From Octopus sinensis (lineage: Eukaryota): a stretch of 64,000 nucleotides of DNA. Positions 1 to 11,917 of this stretch are shown piece after piece. Made by a program: the position numbers and the translations under genes. The notes under the pieces are model-generated. The model had not been told where the DNA came from and did not search any database. It was given only the letters and a program-made list of their open reading frames with translations. Each line of letters opens with the position of its first letter. The first letter of the stretch is position 1. The stretch spans positions 62,620,001 to 62,684,000 of the forward strand of contig NC_043001.1 of NCBI RefSeq assembly GCF_006345805.1, read 5' to 3'.

Positions 1-631
1 TCAACAGGTCTTCACAAGTAGAGTTTTGTGTCCCAAGAAGGAAAGGTATGCATAAGTGGACTGGCTACATCCCGTGTAGAGGCCATGGGTTATGGTCTCA
101 CTTGTCCTGTCGGGTCTTCTCACGCACAGCATACTTCCATAGGTCTCGGTCTCTAGTCATTTCCTCAGTGAGACCTAAAGTTCGTGCTTCACCACCTCGT
201 CCCAGGTTTTCCTGGGTCTACTTCTTCCACAGGTTCCCTCAACCGCTAGGGTGTGGCACTTTTTCACACAACTATCTTCATCCATTCTCACCACATGACC
301 ATACCAACGCAAACGTCTCTCTTGCACACCACATCTGATGCTTCTTAGGTCCAGCTTTTCTCTCAAGGTACTTACACTCTGTCGAGTATGAACACTGACG
401 TTACACATCCATCGGAGCATACTGGCTTCATTTCTTGCAAGCTTACACATATCCTCTGCAGTCACGGCCCATGTTTCACCACCATGTAGCATGGCTGTTC
501 GTACACACGCATCATACAGTCTGCCTTTTATTCTGAGCGAGAGGCCTTTTGTCACCAGCAGAGGGAAGAGCTCTCTGAACTTTGCCCAAGCTATTCTTAC
601 TCTAGCAGTTACACTTTCAGCACACCCGCCC
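1..631 (-). mobile_element. RTE-clade LINE, 5'-truncated 3' fragment (RT C-terminus), continues off the left edge
   Basis: ORF 175..555(-) LVTKGLSLRIKGRLYDACVRTAMLHG..RLRWYGHV..GRSRPRKTW is nearly identical to the C-terminus of the RTE ORF at 8266..10104. Confidence 0.9.
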
Positions 632-1040
632 CATATATATATATATATGTTATCAAACTCTACATAGAATATTTTCTACATGATATTCATGCAGTGTATG
701 CAGATGGCACAATCCAACTTAGTGAATAAATCCACTCTTCTTTGTTCAGACATGTACTTTATATAAAGATACTTTCCAAATACTTCTGGAGGGCAGATTC
801 CAGGGTAGGTGAGCAAAATATAAATGAGTAACAAAGATGTATAAGTTTCAATTTATTACAGCTGTTTCTAATGATTTCTTTAATTGATCAATTGAAGCAT
901 TACGTCATTACAAAGAAAACTGTTCTCATCAGATGACTGCATAGACTTCAAGCATAAACAACAAGTTGGATATTTAAACATATTCATGTCATCAATAGAA
1001 CGATACAATGTATATATTTATGTATGTATATATATATATA

Positions 1041-1059
<19 letters not shown>

Positions 1060-1072
<13 letters not shown>

Positions 1073-1330
1073 AAGGTGAGAATGTGTGTCTGTCTGTGTG
1101 AATCTCTAAAACTTAACAACTATACAACCAATTTCATTCAAATTTTACACATTGTCATAGGCCAAAAACATTTTTAACTTCTTGTCTAGGGTGAGCCCAC
1201 AGCAATATCATATCTTCTCCACTATTTCAGTATTACATGTCAAAAATGAAACAATGACATCTCTCTATTGTAATGTCAGACGCTTTCACTTTAATACTGA
1301 AACTATGAGACGGATGACTTCTAAGTGGAC
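1060..1330 (+). repeat. Dispersed repeat resembling the 5' end of a non-autonomous Helitron
   Basis: TATATAAAGGTGAGAATGTGTGTCTGTCTG..CAACCAATTTCATTCAAATTTTACAC recurs at 6190-6610 (inverted), 6640-6690 and about 41100-41400; the family call is by resemblance only. Confidence 0.4.
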
Positions 1331-1342
1331 ATTCATTATACT

Positions 1343-1402
1343 AGAAGATCTGCTATGGTCATACCACTAACAAAGGAATGGTAAGACCATAGCAGATCTT
1401 CT
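1343..1402. other. 60-nt hairpin (18-bp perfect stem, one mismatch, 5-bp stem, 12-nt loop)
   Basis: AGAAGATCTGCTATGGTC (1343-1360) is the exact reverse complement of GACCATAGCAGATCTTCT (1385-1402); TACCA/TGGTA pair inside. Confidence 0.9.
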
Positions 1403-1570
1403 GCTAGCATAATGGATGACCACTTATATGTATGTAATATAATTTTTACTGAAACATCAAGTTTTTCAATAAGCAACACCACTGGTTTTAAATTGATATT
1501 AATCAAATTATTATTCAATTTTTCACCCTTATTATTTTATATTTAAATTTACATGCATATATATATATAG

Positions 1571-3689
1571 ATGTATATATACCCGCTGGATTTTTCTCAG
1601 AAAAATATACCTATCCCTGCATGGAAACAATATCTCAAAGGTCTTATAGAGAAAACAGAAGAGTTTATTCGAAGATTGAGATGGAAAGCCTTCTTCTTTG
1701 ATAATAAACAGAAAATAGAAGGAAACAAATATGGATTTAAATCTCCCAGAAACCCGCCACCTATTCCGGAATTAGAAGCCTTCGAGAAAGACCTTTTCGA
1801 GCTTATTAGGAAAATTAAATTCCGCAAATATACCAACGAATTGCAGAAAAATATGAGAGAGAAAATTAAGGAGATTAACGACTCGAATAAGATCTTCGTT
1901 AATTCTGACAAGACAAGGAACTTATATGCACTTGATAAGGACGTTTATAAGCGCCTGATTTCGAATAGTGTCACAGACACATACAAAAAAGACAACATGA
2001 ATATATACAAAGAGGTGAACTTAGAAGCAAGAGGAATAGCTAACGATCTTAAGATTAGCGATAGGATTGAATATCTTTCACCACGACCAGCTTTTATTAC
2101 TCTGAAAGACCATAAAGCCAATTTTAGTAGAAACCCCAAATGTAGATTGATAAATCCGGCTAAAACTGAGATAGGAATTATTAGCAAAAATATTTTGGAC
2201 CGTATTTTAGTTAAGTTAGATAGCGAAGTAGACTTGAGAATTTGGAAGAATAGTAAGTCAGTCATAGAGTGGTTTAAAGGTATTAGCTATAAGAATAATT
2301 GTAGTTTCACACAATTCGACATTATTGACTTTTACCCGTCAATATCTAGGACGTTGCTCCTAAGGGCATTGGACTTCGCCAAGCAATATGTCAACATCGA
2401 TAGCTCGGAAATTGATATTATTATACATGCGAGGAAATCGCTTCTTTTTTCGAGGATTCCACCTGGATTAAGAAGACCGAGGATTCTCTTTTCGATGTAC
2501 CGATGGGGGCATACGACGGGGCTGAGTTATGTATGCTCATAGGAGCCTTTATTCTCCGTAATCTAAAAATAGAATTCCCTTTTATAGATGCAGGTTTATA
2601 TAGGGATGACGGCCTTATAGCCACGCATAATCTAAACGGCCATGAATCAGATAGACTTAGGAAGGACCTTATAGCTTTCTTTCAAAGGATGGGCTTACGG
2701 GTTACGATAGATGCTAACCTGAATAGTGTAGATTTTTTAGATGTAAATTTTAATGTAAGATCGGATAGATTTAAACCTTTCCGTAAGCCCAATGAAAAGA
2801 TTCGAACCATCCACCAGTTATCCTTAGGAACTTAGTCAGCAATGTAGGTAGAAGAATATCTTCAATTTCTTCGGACGAGGCAGCATTCCATAATGCTGCA
2901 CCTTATTACGATAGCGCATTAAAGAATAGTGGATTGTCTGAGAAGATCCAGTTCAACCAGCTTAATGCTGATAATAATGCTGCACGAAGAACTAGGACCA
3001 GGAAAGTTTTGTGGTTCAACCCGGCTTTCAATTTGGCCGTAAAGACTAATATAGGTAAGGAATTTTTGAGATTAGTCTCTAAGCATTTTAAGCAGGGTCA
3101 TAAATTCTATAGGATTTTTGATAGAAGAACCCTAAAGGTTAGCTATTCTTGTTGCAGAAATTTCGCCTCTTACATTAGCCAACATAATAGGAAGCTAATT
3201 GAGATTAGACATGGTGCCGAGCCCATTAAGAAATGCAATTTCAAAAACGAAAGCTCCTGTCCGTTAGAAGGGAAATGTCTAGTGAAAGGAGTAGTTTATA
3301 GAGCCAAGGTGCAAGTGGAAGGCTCATCAGAATACAAGACATACACAGGGGCTTCAGAAAATTCATTTAAAACAAGATTTTATTCTCATAAAAATTCATT
3401 TAAATACCCAGAGAATAGGAAGAGGACCAGCCTAGCAAAATATGTCTGGGAACTAAAAGAAAAGGAAGCCCCACCTTTCAACGTGACATGGAGCATTCTG
3501 GACAGGGCGGCACCATACAGGCATGGAGCTTACAAAAATAATTTCAAGTGCAAACTTTGTCTATTAGAAAAAATGTACATCTTATTCAAAGACAATAATT
3601 CTTTGAATCAATGAAGTGAGATAATGAACTTATGTAGGCACGCGGCTAAATTTAAAATGTCGAATATAAATATACCATATGGATAGAGT
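1571..3689 (+). pseudogene. PLE RT/GIY-YIG ORF with 2 frameshifts and 1 stop
   Basis: KNIPIP..FIRRLRWKAFFF, FDIIDFYPS, MGAYDGAELC, YRDDG, VVYRAKV..YTG (GIY-YIG), CKLCL..LNQ*SE..CRH. Lesions: 1-nt loss in T-run 2445-2450, deletion near 2800, TGA at 3612-3614. Confidence 0.85.
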
Positions 3690-4846
3690 ATATATTTTGT
3701 ATTTTTGATTTTTGAAATTTTGATTTTGACTCTTGAACGATGAGCGCTACAATGGATTTTGTTTTCCAAGCTATGCGGATCTTAATCCGTATAGCAAAGT
3801 CTTATGTTTCTACATATACATCAGGAAAAACCTTCGACCCTGTTTTCAGGTTACTGTATTGTATAGGATTACCTTGATTATTTATATTACCTTGATTATT
3901 TATAAATGATCCAAAATAGGGTGTTATATTTTATTTTATATGTCTTTCGTATATATTTTTATTAATGCACCCATTCTTTTAAAAAAAAGCAATGTTTTTT
4001 TCAAAAAAAGCAATGTTGTCAAAATTAAAATGTTGATGTAAGTATGTGTATAGCCGAGGATATGTATTTGTAAGCATGCGTATCTGTGTATGTGTAAGTG
4101 AGAGTATGTTTGTGCTTAAGCACACATATACACGACTGTATGTATGTATCCATACGAACTTGTTTGTATACTTGTCTCCATATATGCCAATAACGCCGTT
4201 ACACAGATTGTATACATAATTTTTTCTTATTTCGTTTTTTTCCCCACCCCTCTTTCGTTCCTTTTTCTCTCTCTTCCTTTCTTTCGTCCACCCCCCTTAC
4301 TCAGTATATGAGAATCGCTACATACATGATTTTTAACTTGCGTGCGAGATGGTTTTGTGTGAATATATGTACACATGCATTTATGTGTATATTTAGATTT
4401 ATATTCATACGTCTGTATATGTATGGCGTTGGTGCGCATCCTTTTTGTGTATGTTGATATATATATGCACATTTTAATAAAAATATGTATTGCAGTGTAA
4501 TATTTATAACAGGTTTAATTCCTATGAATTAATTTATACTTTCTTCATTAATGTCAATATGTATTTTATTCAATGTAAGGTTTTTTCCTCGGATTTTATA
4601 ATTTTTTATAAGCTTTTTTATATATATATACATATATTTTTGACCTTTTTGTTTATCGCTCGAAGATTGACCGTTTTTTTCTAAAGGGCCAATCAAACAA
4701 GTCCATTTCTTTTTAAAGGTGTAGCGTTTGTAAGAGTCTAGATTGAATTGATATATCAGTTCCATTCTAGCAAAAACTGTCTGATGAACGGCAACGAGAA
4801 ACTCAGAGTAACAGATTTTGTTGAATTTTCTGCTGCTTAAAATAAA

Positions 4847-4848
<2 letters not shown>
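1580..4848 (+). mobile_element. Penelope-like retroelement (Neptune/Naiad-type architecture: RT plus C-terminal GIY-YIG endonuclease)
   Basis: Three ORF pieces join into one PLE protein; AT-rich 3' region with a hammerhead motif at 4777; both ends abut (TA)n; boundaries approximate. Confidence 0.85.
4777..4814 (+). ncRNA. Minimal type I hammerhead ribozyme motif
   Basis: CTGT-CTGATGA-ACGGCAACGA-GAA-ACTCAGAGT-A-ACAG: stem I CTGT/ACAG, intact core, stem III ACTC/GAGT, GUA cleavage triplet ending at 4810; stem II weak. Confidence 0.6.
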
Positions 4849-4886
<38 letters not shown>

Positions 4887-4892
4887 ACATAC

Positions 4893-4932
<40 letters not shown>

Positions 4933-5465
4933 ACTGGAAGGTTTACGAAAATAATCAAAAGACGAAGGCAGGTGGAGTACAAACGAACAAATGTATTAGT
5001 ATGGCGCTCAGGAATAGAAATAGAACAAGTCTTTTACGTTTCGAGCCTACGCTCTTCAACAGAAACAAGGAGAGAAAGAAAATGCGTGTAGGAGCTAACG
5101 TGGAGAGAGGAGAGGAGGAGGAGGGGAGGGGAAAGGAAGGGAGTGGTAGGGAGAAGAGGAGGAGGGGAGGGGGAGAGAAGGGGAGTGAGGGAGCAGAGAG
5201 AAAGAGAGAAGGGGAAGAAGAAAGAAGAAAGAAGAAGAGGGAAGAAGGGAAAGAGAGTAGGGGTGAAAAGATGAAGGACTGAAGAGAAGTAGGAGTCGGG
5301 GGGGGAGGTTAGATGAAAAGGGGGGAGAGTTGAGCCCAAATGGCGTAAAAGAGCGAAGAGAGAAGATTAATCCCTGTTCACGGCGCAAGCGGGAATCCGG
5401 ATGGCCTCTGTGCAAGGACAATCTGAACACAGACAGGTGTTGGATGTATATATATATATATATAC

Positions 5466-5506
<41 letters not shown>

Positions 5507-5579
5507 TGTATATGTATACATGTATATGTATACATGTATATATGTACATGTATATATCCATATATATATACATGTATAC

Positions 5580-5720
5580 ACACACACAAAGATAAATTGA
5601 AAGATACAACTGAGTGGGCAAAGAAAAATATGAGACACTGCCTAGTGCATTTTTTAATTTTGATAAGCCTGGTACTTATTCTATCAGTTTCTTCTTGTGA
5701 AACCAGTAAGTTATGGGGAT
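5580..5720. repeat. Dispersed SINE-like repeat fragment
   Basis: Reverse-complement copies at about 11780-11880 and 12290-12440 (GATAAATTGA..GAGTGGGCAAA..ATATGAGACA..GATAAGCCTGGTACTTATTC). Confidence 0.6.
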
Positions 5721-6189
5721 GTATATATATATATATACTAGCATTAAAGACCCATCGTTGCCGGGTCATAGAGCTAGTGCATGTTTATATGTGTATATAT
5801 ATGTGTACATATTACATGTACATCTATATATATACATCTACACATAAAATGCAAAATACAAAGTTATATCTTGATATCACTAGTGATAACAATACTCAAA
5901 ATATATAACAGACTGGAGCTCTTCTTTTTTCTCTACATTGTATACTTTATAGACAATAGTCTTTTCTTTAATTTAATTTTTTTTATCCATCTGGACTATT
6001 CCATTTCTGCACGCTAATTTTACTTTCAATTTATTCCCATTCTTGTGAAACCACTTATTCAAGTTCAAATCATTGATGCAATTTTATACCAATTGCTATT
6101 TTTACTTTTGTTATGTTACGATTATATTATACTTTAGTTTGATTTTAATTATTACTTACTACATATAATTCAATTGTTATTATTATTTT

Positions 6190-6830
6190 TATTGTTAAAG
6201 TGAGAGCATCTGACATAAAATAGAGAAATATTTTTGTTTCACTTTTAACACGTAATACTGAAATAGTGGAGAAGATATGATATTGCTAATGGGCTCGCTC
6301 TAGGCAAGAAGTTAAACATTTTTTTTGCCCATGACACTACATGGATCTAAGTAAGGCATGTGTAAAATTTGAATGAAATTGGTTGTGTAGTTCTCAAGTT
6401 TTAGGGAATCATAGTGGAGAAGATATGATATTGCTGTGAGCTCGCCCTAGGCAAAAAGTTAAACTTTTTTTGCCGATGACACTCCCCAGACCCTAAGTAA
6501 GTCATGTGTAAAATTTGAATGAAATTGGATGTGTAGTTCTCAAGTTTTAGATAAACACATAGACAGACAGACAGACAGATACACATTCTCAGTTTTATAT
6601 ATATAAAGATATATATATAGATCTACATGTAATATGTACACTTGAGAACTACACAACCAATTTCATTCAAATTTTACACATTCATTACTTAGGGTCCATG
6701 TAGTGTCATAGGGGTCATAGCTGTAGTGTCACCTGAGCATAAAAGATGAGCATTATATGTAATTCAATGGTACAACAGTGTAAGAGTTTACTTTGACATC
6801 TATTTAGTTTCTGATTTCTGCACATATATA
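6190..6830. repeat. Head-to-head Helitron-like fragments with an internal tandem duplication
   Basis: 6190-6610 is the reverse complement of the 1060-1330 repeat and contains two ~150-bp units; 6715-6830 matches 13625-13730 inside the Helitron at 12989. Confidence 0.5.
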
Positions 6831-6875
6831 CATGCATACGTAGATACTCCCATACACACATACACACACACATAG

Positions 6876-7035
6876 GTGCAGGTGTGGCTATGTGGTAACA
6901 AACTTGGATCCAAAACACATGATCCTGGGTTCAGTCCCACTGTGTGGTGACTTGGCATGTGTCTTCTGCAATATCCTTAGATCAACCAAAGCTTCGTCAG
7001 TGGATTTTGTAGACAGAAACTGAAAGAAATCAATC
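6876..7035 (+). mobile_element. tRNA-derived SINE
   Basis: A-box-like GGCTATGTGGTAA, B-box-like GGGTTCAGTCCC, body ending GTAGACAGAAACTGAAAGAAATC; inverted related copy at 55430-55570. Confidence 0.65.
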
Positions 7036-7054
7036 GTATATATATTATATATAT

Positions 7055-7105
<51 letters not shown>

Positions 7106-7133
7106 TGAAAGGCAGATCTGGCGAGATAGTGAA

Positions 7134-10104
7134 TTGCTTGAACGGAGGTGGGTTGATATATGCTGCATTCAAGAAGTGAGGTGGAGAGGAGGTTCTGCTA
7201 GGTTCCTCACAGGCAAAGGACAGAGGTACAAGATTTTCTGGGCTGGGAATACTGACGGAGTCGGGGGTGTGGGCATGCTTATCGCCGAAAAATGGGTAGA
7301 TAAGGTAATCGAGGTAGTCAGAGTAAGTGACAGAATAATTAAGATTAGATTAGTGCTCCACCATAGTTTAGCAACTATTATATCGGCCTATGCCCCTCAG
7401 CCAGGGCTACCTGATGGACAGAAAGACTGTTTCTATGACACCCTACTGCAGACCACATCATTGACGAACGACAGGGACCTTCTCTTTGTGGCTGGTGACT
7501 TCAATGGGCATGTTGGACGACGTGCTGGGGGCTTCCATGGCGTGCATGGAGGCTACGGTTATGGTTCCCGCAACGAGGAGGGAACCAGGCTGCTGGAGTT
7601 CTGCGATGCGAATAGTCTTATGATTTGCAACACTAACTTCAGGAAACCGACAAGCCACCTGGTCACCTACCGATCGGGCCGGCATACTAGCCAAATCGAC
7701 TACATCCTTGCCAGAAAAAGGGAAAGATGGCTGCTTATAAATGCCAAAACCTTCCCAGGTGAAGAATGCACCCCACAACATAGACTGGTAGTTAGTGACT
7801 TTAGGATCAGGACAAAGAGGGCGACTAGAAGACGACCAACATGGAGAAGAAGGGTCTGGAAGCTTAAAGACCCTGCGAATGGACAGAGATTTAGAGATAT
7901 GTTATTTGAAGCCTTAGACGAAATGGAAGGGAGTATAGCTACGCATGGGGTAGAAGACAACTGGACGCTTCTGAGGGACAACCTGCTGAAAGCCGCTGAC
8001 CAGATCTGTGGCTGGTGCAAAGTCCCCTTAAGACCCAAAATAACGTGGTGGTGGAACAATATTGTTGACAGGGCTATTAGACAAAAGAAACAGGCTTGGA
8101 AGGCCTGGAAGAACGGTGGTAGCAGGGAAGTGTATCAGTCTGCCAGAAGGGAAGCCAGGAGACAGGTCTATCTAGCCAGAGGGGAGGCAGATAAGGAAAA
8201 AATTTGCCAATGTCCTGCGTCGTGAGGATGAAAGACTTGAGGTATTTCGTGTTGCAAGACAGTGTGTGAGAGAGAATCGTGACGTGGTAGGAGAGAAATG
8301 TGTTCGCATGGAGGATGGTTCACTTGCGTTAAATGAGGATGCAAAGAGAGAAGCTTGGAGACGCCACTATGAAAGGTTGCTGAATGAGGAAAATGAATGG
8401 GATAAAGAGAGTCTGCCGAATGTCGACCCAACAGAGGGACCAGCAATCCGAGTTAACAGTTCCTTAGTAGATAAGGCAATTAGAAGCATGAAAACAGGGA
8501 AAGCCCCAGGCCCATCAGGAATTACTGCAGAGATGCTCAAAATATCTGGTGGTGTCGGCTATAGCTTAGTCACCCGTATAGTTAACCAGGTGATACACGA
8601 GGGGGTCATACCCAATGACTGGTGTAGCAGCATAATAGTCAACTGCTACAAAGGTAAAGGCGACGCCCTAGAGACAAATAACTACAGGGGCATCAAGCTG
8701 CTGGATCAGGTAATGAAGGTTACGGAGAGGGTTGTAGCCCAACTAATTAGAGAGAGAGTTACCTTAGATGATATGCAGTTTGGGTTCGTGCCAGGGAAAA
8801 GTACTACTGATGCTATATTCCTGGTAAGACAGCTGCAGGAGAAATACCTAGCCAAAGATAAGCCCTTGTACCTGGCTTTTGTTGACTTGGAGAAAGCCTT
8901 TGACAGGGTCCCCCGGTCCCTTATCTGGTGGTCAATGAGGAAACTAGGGATAGAAGAATGGTTGGTGAGAGCTGTGCAAGCCATGTACAGAGACGCTGCT
9001 AGTAAGGTGAGGGTTGGCAACGAGTACAGTGAAGAATTCCGGGTAGAGGTTGGGGTCCACCAAGGTTCAGTCCTCAGTCCCCTCCTATTTATCATAGTCC
9101 TCCAGGCAATAACGGAGGAATTCAAGACAGGTTGCCCCTGGGAGCTCCTCTATGCTGATGACCTTGCTCTAATTGCTGAGTCACTATCAGAACTGGAGGA
9201 GAAGTTTCAGGTGTGGAAACAAGGATTAGAATCGAAGGGCCTTAGAATCAACCTAGCCAAAACCAAAGTTCTAATAAGTAGGAAGGTAGATCAATCACAA
9301 ACGCCTTCAGGTAGATGGCCCTGCTCGATCTGTAAAAAAGGTGTAGGTAGAAACTCTATAAGATGCACCAAGTGTAAGCTATGGACACATAAGAGGTGCA
9401 GCAATGTCAAAGGAAGGCTAACTAGGAAAATAGTTTTTGTCTGTGGCAAATGCTCAGGAGCAATAAACACTGGAAATATGCAGAGACCAACTTCTGCCAC
9501 GTTCCAGGGAGACAAACTAGAAGTAGTTGATAGCTTCCGCTACCTAGGAGACCAAGTCAGTAGCGGAGGTGGGTGTGCTGAAAGTGTAACTGCTAGAGTA
9601 AGAATAGCCTGGGCAAAGTTTAGAGAGCTCTTACCCCTGCTGGTGACAAAAGGCCTCTCGCTCAGAGTAAAAGGCAGACTGTATGATGCATGTGTACGTA
9701 CAGCCATGCTACATGGTAGTGAAACATGGGCCGTGACTGCTGAGGATATGCGTAAGCTCGCAAGAAATGAAGCCAGTATGCTCCGATGGATGTGTAATGT
9801 CAGTGTTCATAATCGTCAGAGTGTAAGTTCCTTGAGAGAAAAGTTGAACCTAAGAAGCGTCAGTTGTGGCGTGCAAGAGAGACGGCTGCGCTGGTATGGT
9901 CATGTGACAAGAAAGGCTGAAGATAGTTGTGTGCAAAAGTGCTACACCCTAGCAGTGGAGGGAACCTGTGGAAGAGGTAGACCCAGGAAAACCTGGGACG
10001 AGGTGGTGAAGCACGACCTTCGAACTTTAGGTCTCACTAAGGAAATGTCTAGAGACCGAGACCTATGGAAGTATGCTGTGCATGAGAAGACCCGGCAAGA
10101 CTAG
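7134..10104 (+). pseudogene. RTE ORF (APE endonuclease, RT, PHD-type finger), one +1 frameshift at 8197-8202
   Basis: CIQEVRW, AGDFNGHVG, QIDYIL; FVDLEKAFD, GVHQGSVLSP, YADD; removing one A from the A6 run gives ..DKEKFANVLRREDER.. and joins the two ORFs. Confidence 0.9.
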
Positions 10105-10129
10105 TCAGGCCATAACCCGTGGCCCCGAC

Positions 10130-11580
10130 CGGGGACGTAGTCAGTCCTGTGCATACCTTCCTTCTTGTGACACTTATGAAGACCTGTTGAGGCAAGTGAA
10201 AATCAAATCAAATCAAAACAAATCAAAATAGATGAACATCAGTGGAATTGTATTCTTTGTGGTACCAGTGCCGGTGGCACACAAGAAAACCACCCAAACG
10301 TGGCCGTAACCAGTACCGCATCGACTGGCCTCCGTGCTGTGGGCACAACACACACCATCCGATCGTGGCCGTTCGCCAGCCTCATCTGGCACCTGTGCCG
10401 GTGGCACATAAAGACACCATCCGAAGACCCGGCGACGTAGTCAGTCCACCTGTGCATACCTTCCCTCTTATGACACTTGTGAAGACCTGTTGAGGCAAGT
10501 GTGTGACACTTGTGAAGACCTGTTGAGGCAGAGGCAAGTGTGTGACACTTGTGGAGACCTGTTGAGGCAAGTGTGTGACCCTTGTGAAGACCTGTTGAGG
10601 CAAGTGAAAATCAAACCAAATCAAAATAGATGAATATCAATGGAATTTGTATCTTTGTGGTTCCAGTACGGTGGCACACAAGAAAACCATCCGAACGTGG
10701 CCGTCGACTGGCCTCCATGCTGTGGGCACAACAAACACCATCTGATCGTGGCCGTTCGCCAGCCTCACCTGGCACCTGTGTCGGTGGCACATAAAAACAC
10801 CATCCAAAGACCCGGCGACGTAGTCAGTCCACCTGTGCATACCTTCCCTCTTATGACACTTGTGAAGACCTGTTGAGGCAGAGGCAAGTGTATGACACTT
10901 GTGAAGACCTGTTGAGGCAGAGGCAAGTGTGTGACACTTGTGGAGACCTGTTGAGGCAAGTGTGTGACACGCGTGACACTTGTGAAGACCTGTTGAGGCA
11001 AGTGAAATCAAACCAAATCAAAATAGATGAACATCAATGGAATTTGTATCTTTGTGGTTCCAGTACCGGTGGCACACAAGAAAACCATCCGATCGTGGCC
11101 GTTCGCCAGCCACATCTGGCACCTGTGTCGGTGGCACATAAAGACACCATCCGAAGACCCGGCGACGTAGACAGTCCACCTATGCATACCTTCCTTCTTG
11201 TGACACTTGTGAAGACCTGTTGAGGCAAGTGAAAATCAAATCAAATCAAATCAAATCAAAACAAATCAAAATAGATGAACATAAATGGAATTTGTATCTT
11301 TGTGGTACCAGTGCCGGTGGCACACAAGAAAATCATCCGAACGTGGCCGTAGCCAGTACCGCATAGACTGGCCTCCGTGCTTTGGGGACGTAACAAACAC
11401 CATCCGATCGTGGCCGTCCGCCAGCCTCATCTGGCACCTGTGTCGGTGGCACATAAAAACACCATCCGAGCGTGGCCGTCTGCCAGCCTCGTCTGGCACC
11501 TGTGTCGGTGGCACATAAAAACACCATCCGAGCGTGGCCGTTCGCCAGCCTCGTCTGGCACCTGTGTCGGTGGCACATAA
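10130..11580 (+). repeat. Higher-order tandem array in the RTE 3' UTR
   Basis: Four ~300-380 bp superunits starting GTAGTCAGTC/GTAGACAGTC near 10137, 10437, 10820, 11165, built from ~30-bp (GACACTTGTGAAGACCTGTTGAGGCAAGT) and ~61-bp (GGCACCTGTGTCGGTGGCACATAAAAACACCATCCG..) monomers. Confidence 0.9.
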
Positions 11581-11917
11581 AATCACCCACTACACTCTCG
11601 GAGTGGTTGGCGTTAGGAAGGGCATCCAGCTGTAGAAACACTGCCAGATCTGACTGGCCTGGTGCAGCCTTCGGGCTCCCCAGACCCCAGTTGAACCGTC
11701 CAACCCATGCTAGCATGGAAAACGGACGCTAAATGATGATGATGATATATATATTATATATATATATATATATATAGAATAAATACCAGGCTTATCAACA
11801 TAAAAAAAGCACTACACTGTGTCTCATATTTTTCTTTGCCCACTCATTTGTATCTATCAATTTATCTTTGTGTGTGTGGGTGGGTGGGTGTATACACACA
11901 TATATATATATATATAT

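Larger units (their letters stand above)
7108..11746 (+). mobile_element. RTE-clade LINE, near full-length (slightly 5'-truncated), 1.6-kb 3' UTR, (ATG)n tail
   Basis: APE ORF 7134..8225 and RT ORF 8266..10104; conserved tail AGGAAGGGCATCCAGCTGTAGAAAC..CCATGCTAGCATGGAAAACGGACG followed by ATGATGATGATG. Confidence 0.95.

Noticed and set aside
900-950. Minus-strand CTGATGA as a hammerhead
   Set aside because: No GAAA or stem III follows
3612-3614. In-frame TGA in the PLE ORF as selenocysteine (reported for some Naiad PLEs)
   Set aside because: It falls in LNQ*SE where Arg is expected (CGA to TGA decay), not at a Cys position; the Cys codons present are ordinary TGT/TGC
5025-5070. Minus-strand CTGTTGAAGAGCGTAGGCTCGAAACGTA as a hammerhead
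   Set aside because: Stem II and GAAAC are present but the CUGANGA core cannot be placed in register and stem I is not evident
10130-11580. CRISPR-like array
   Set aside because: Eukaryotic context, no unique spacers, no cas genes; it is a LINE 3' UTR tandem array
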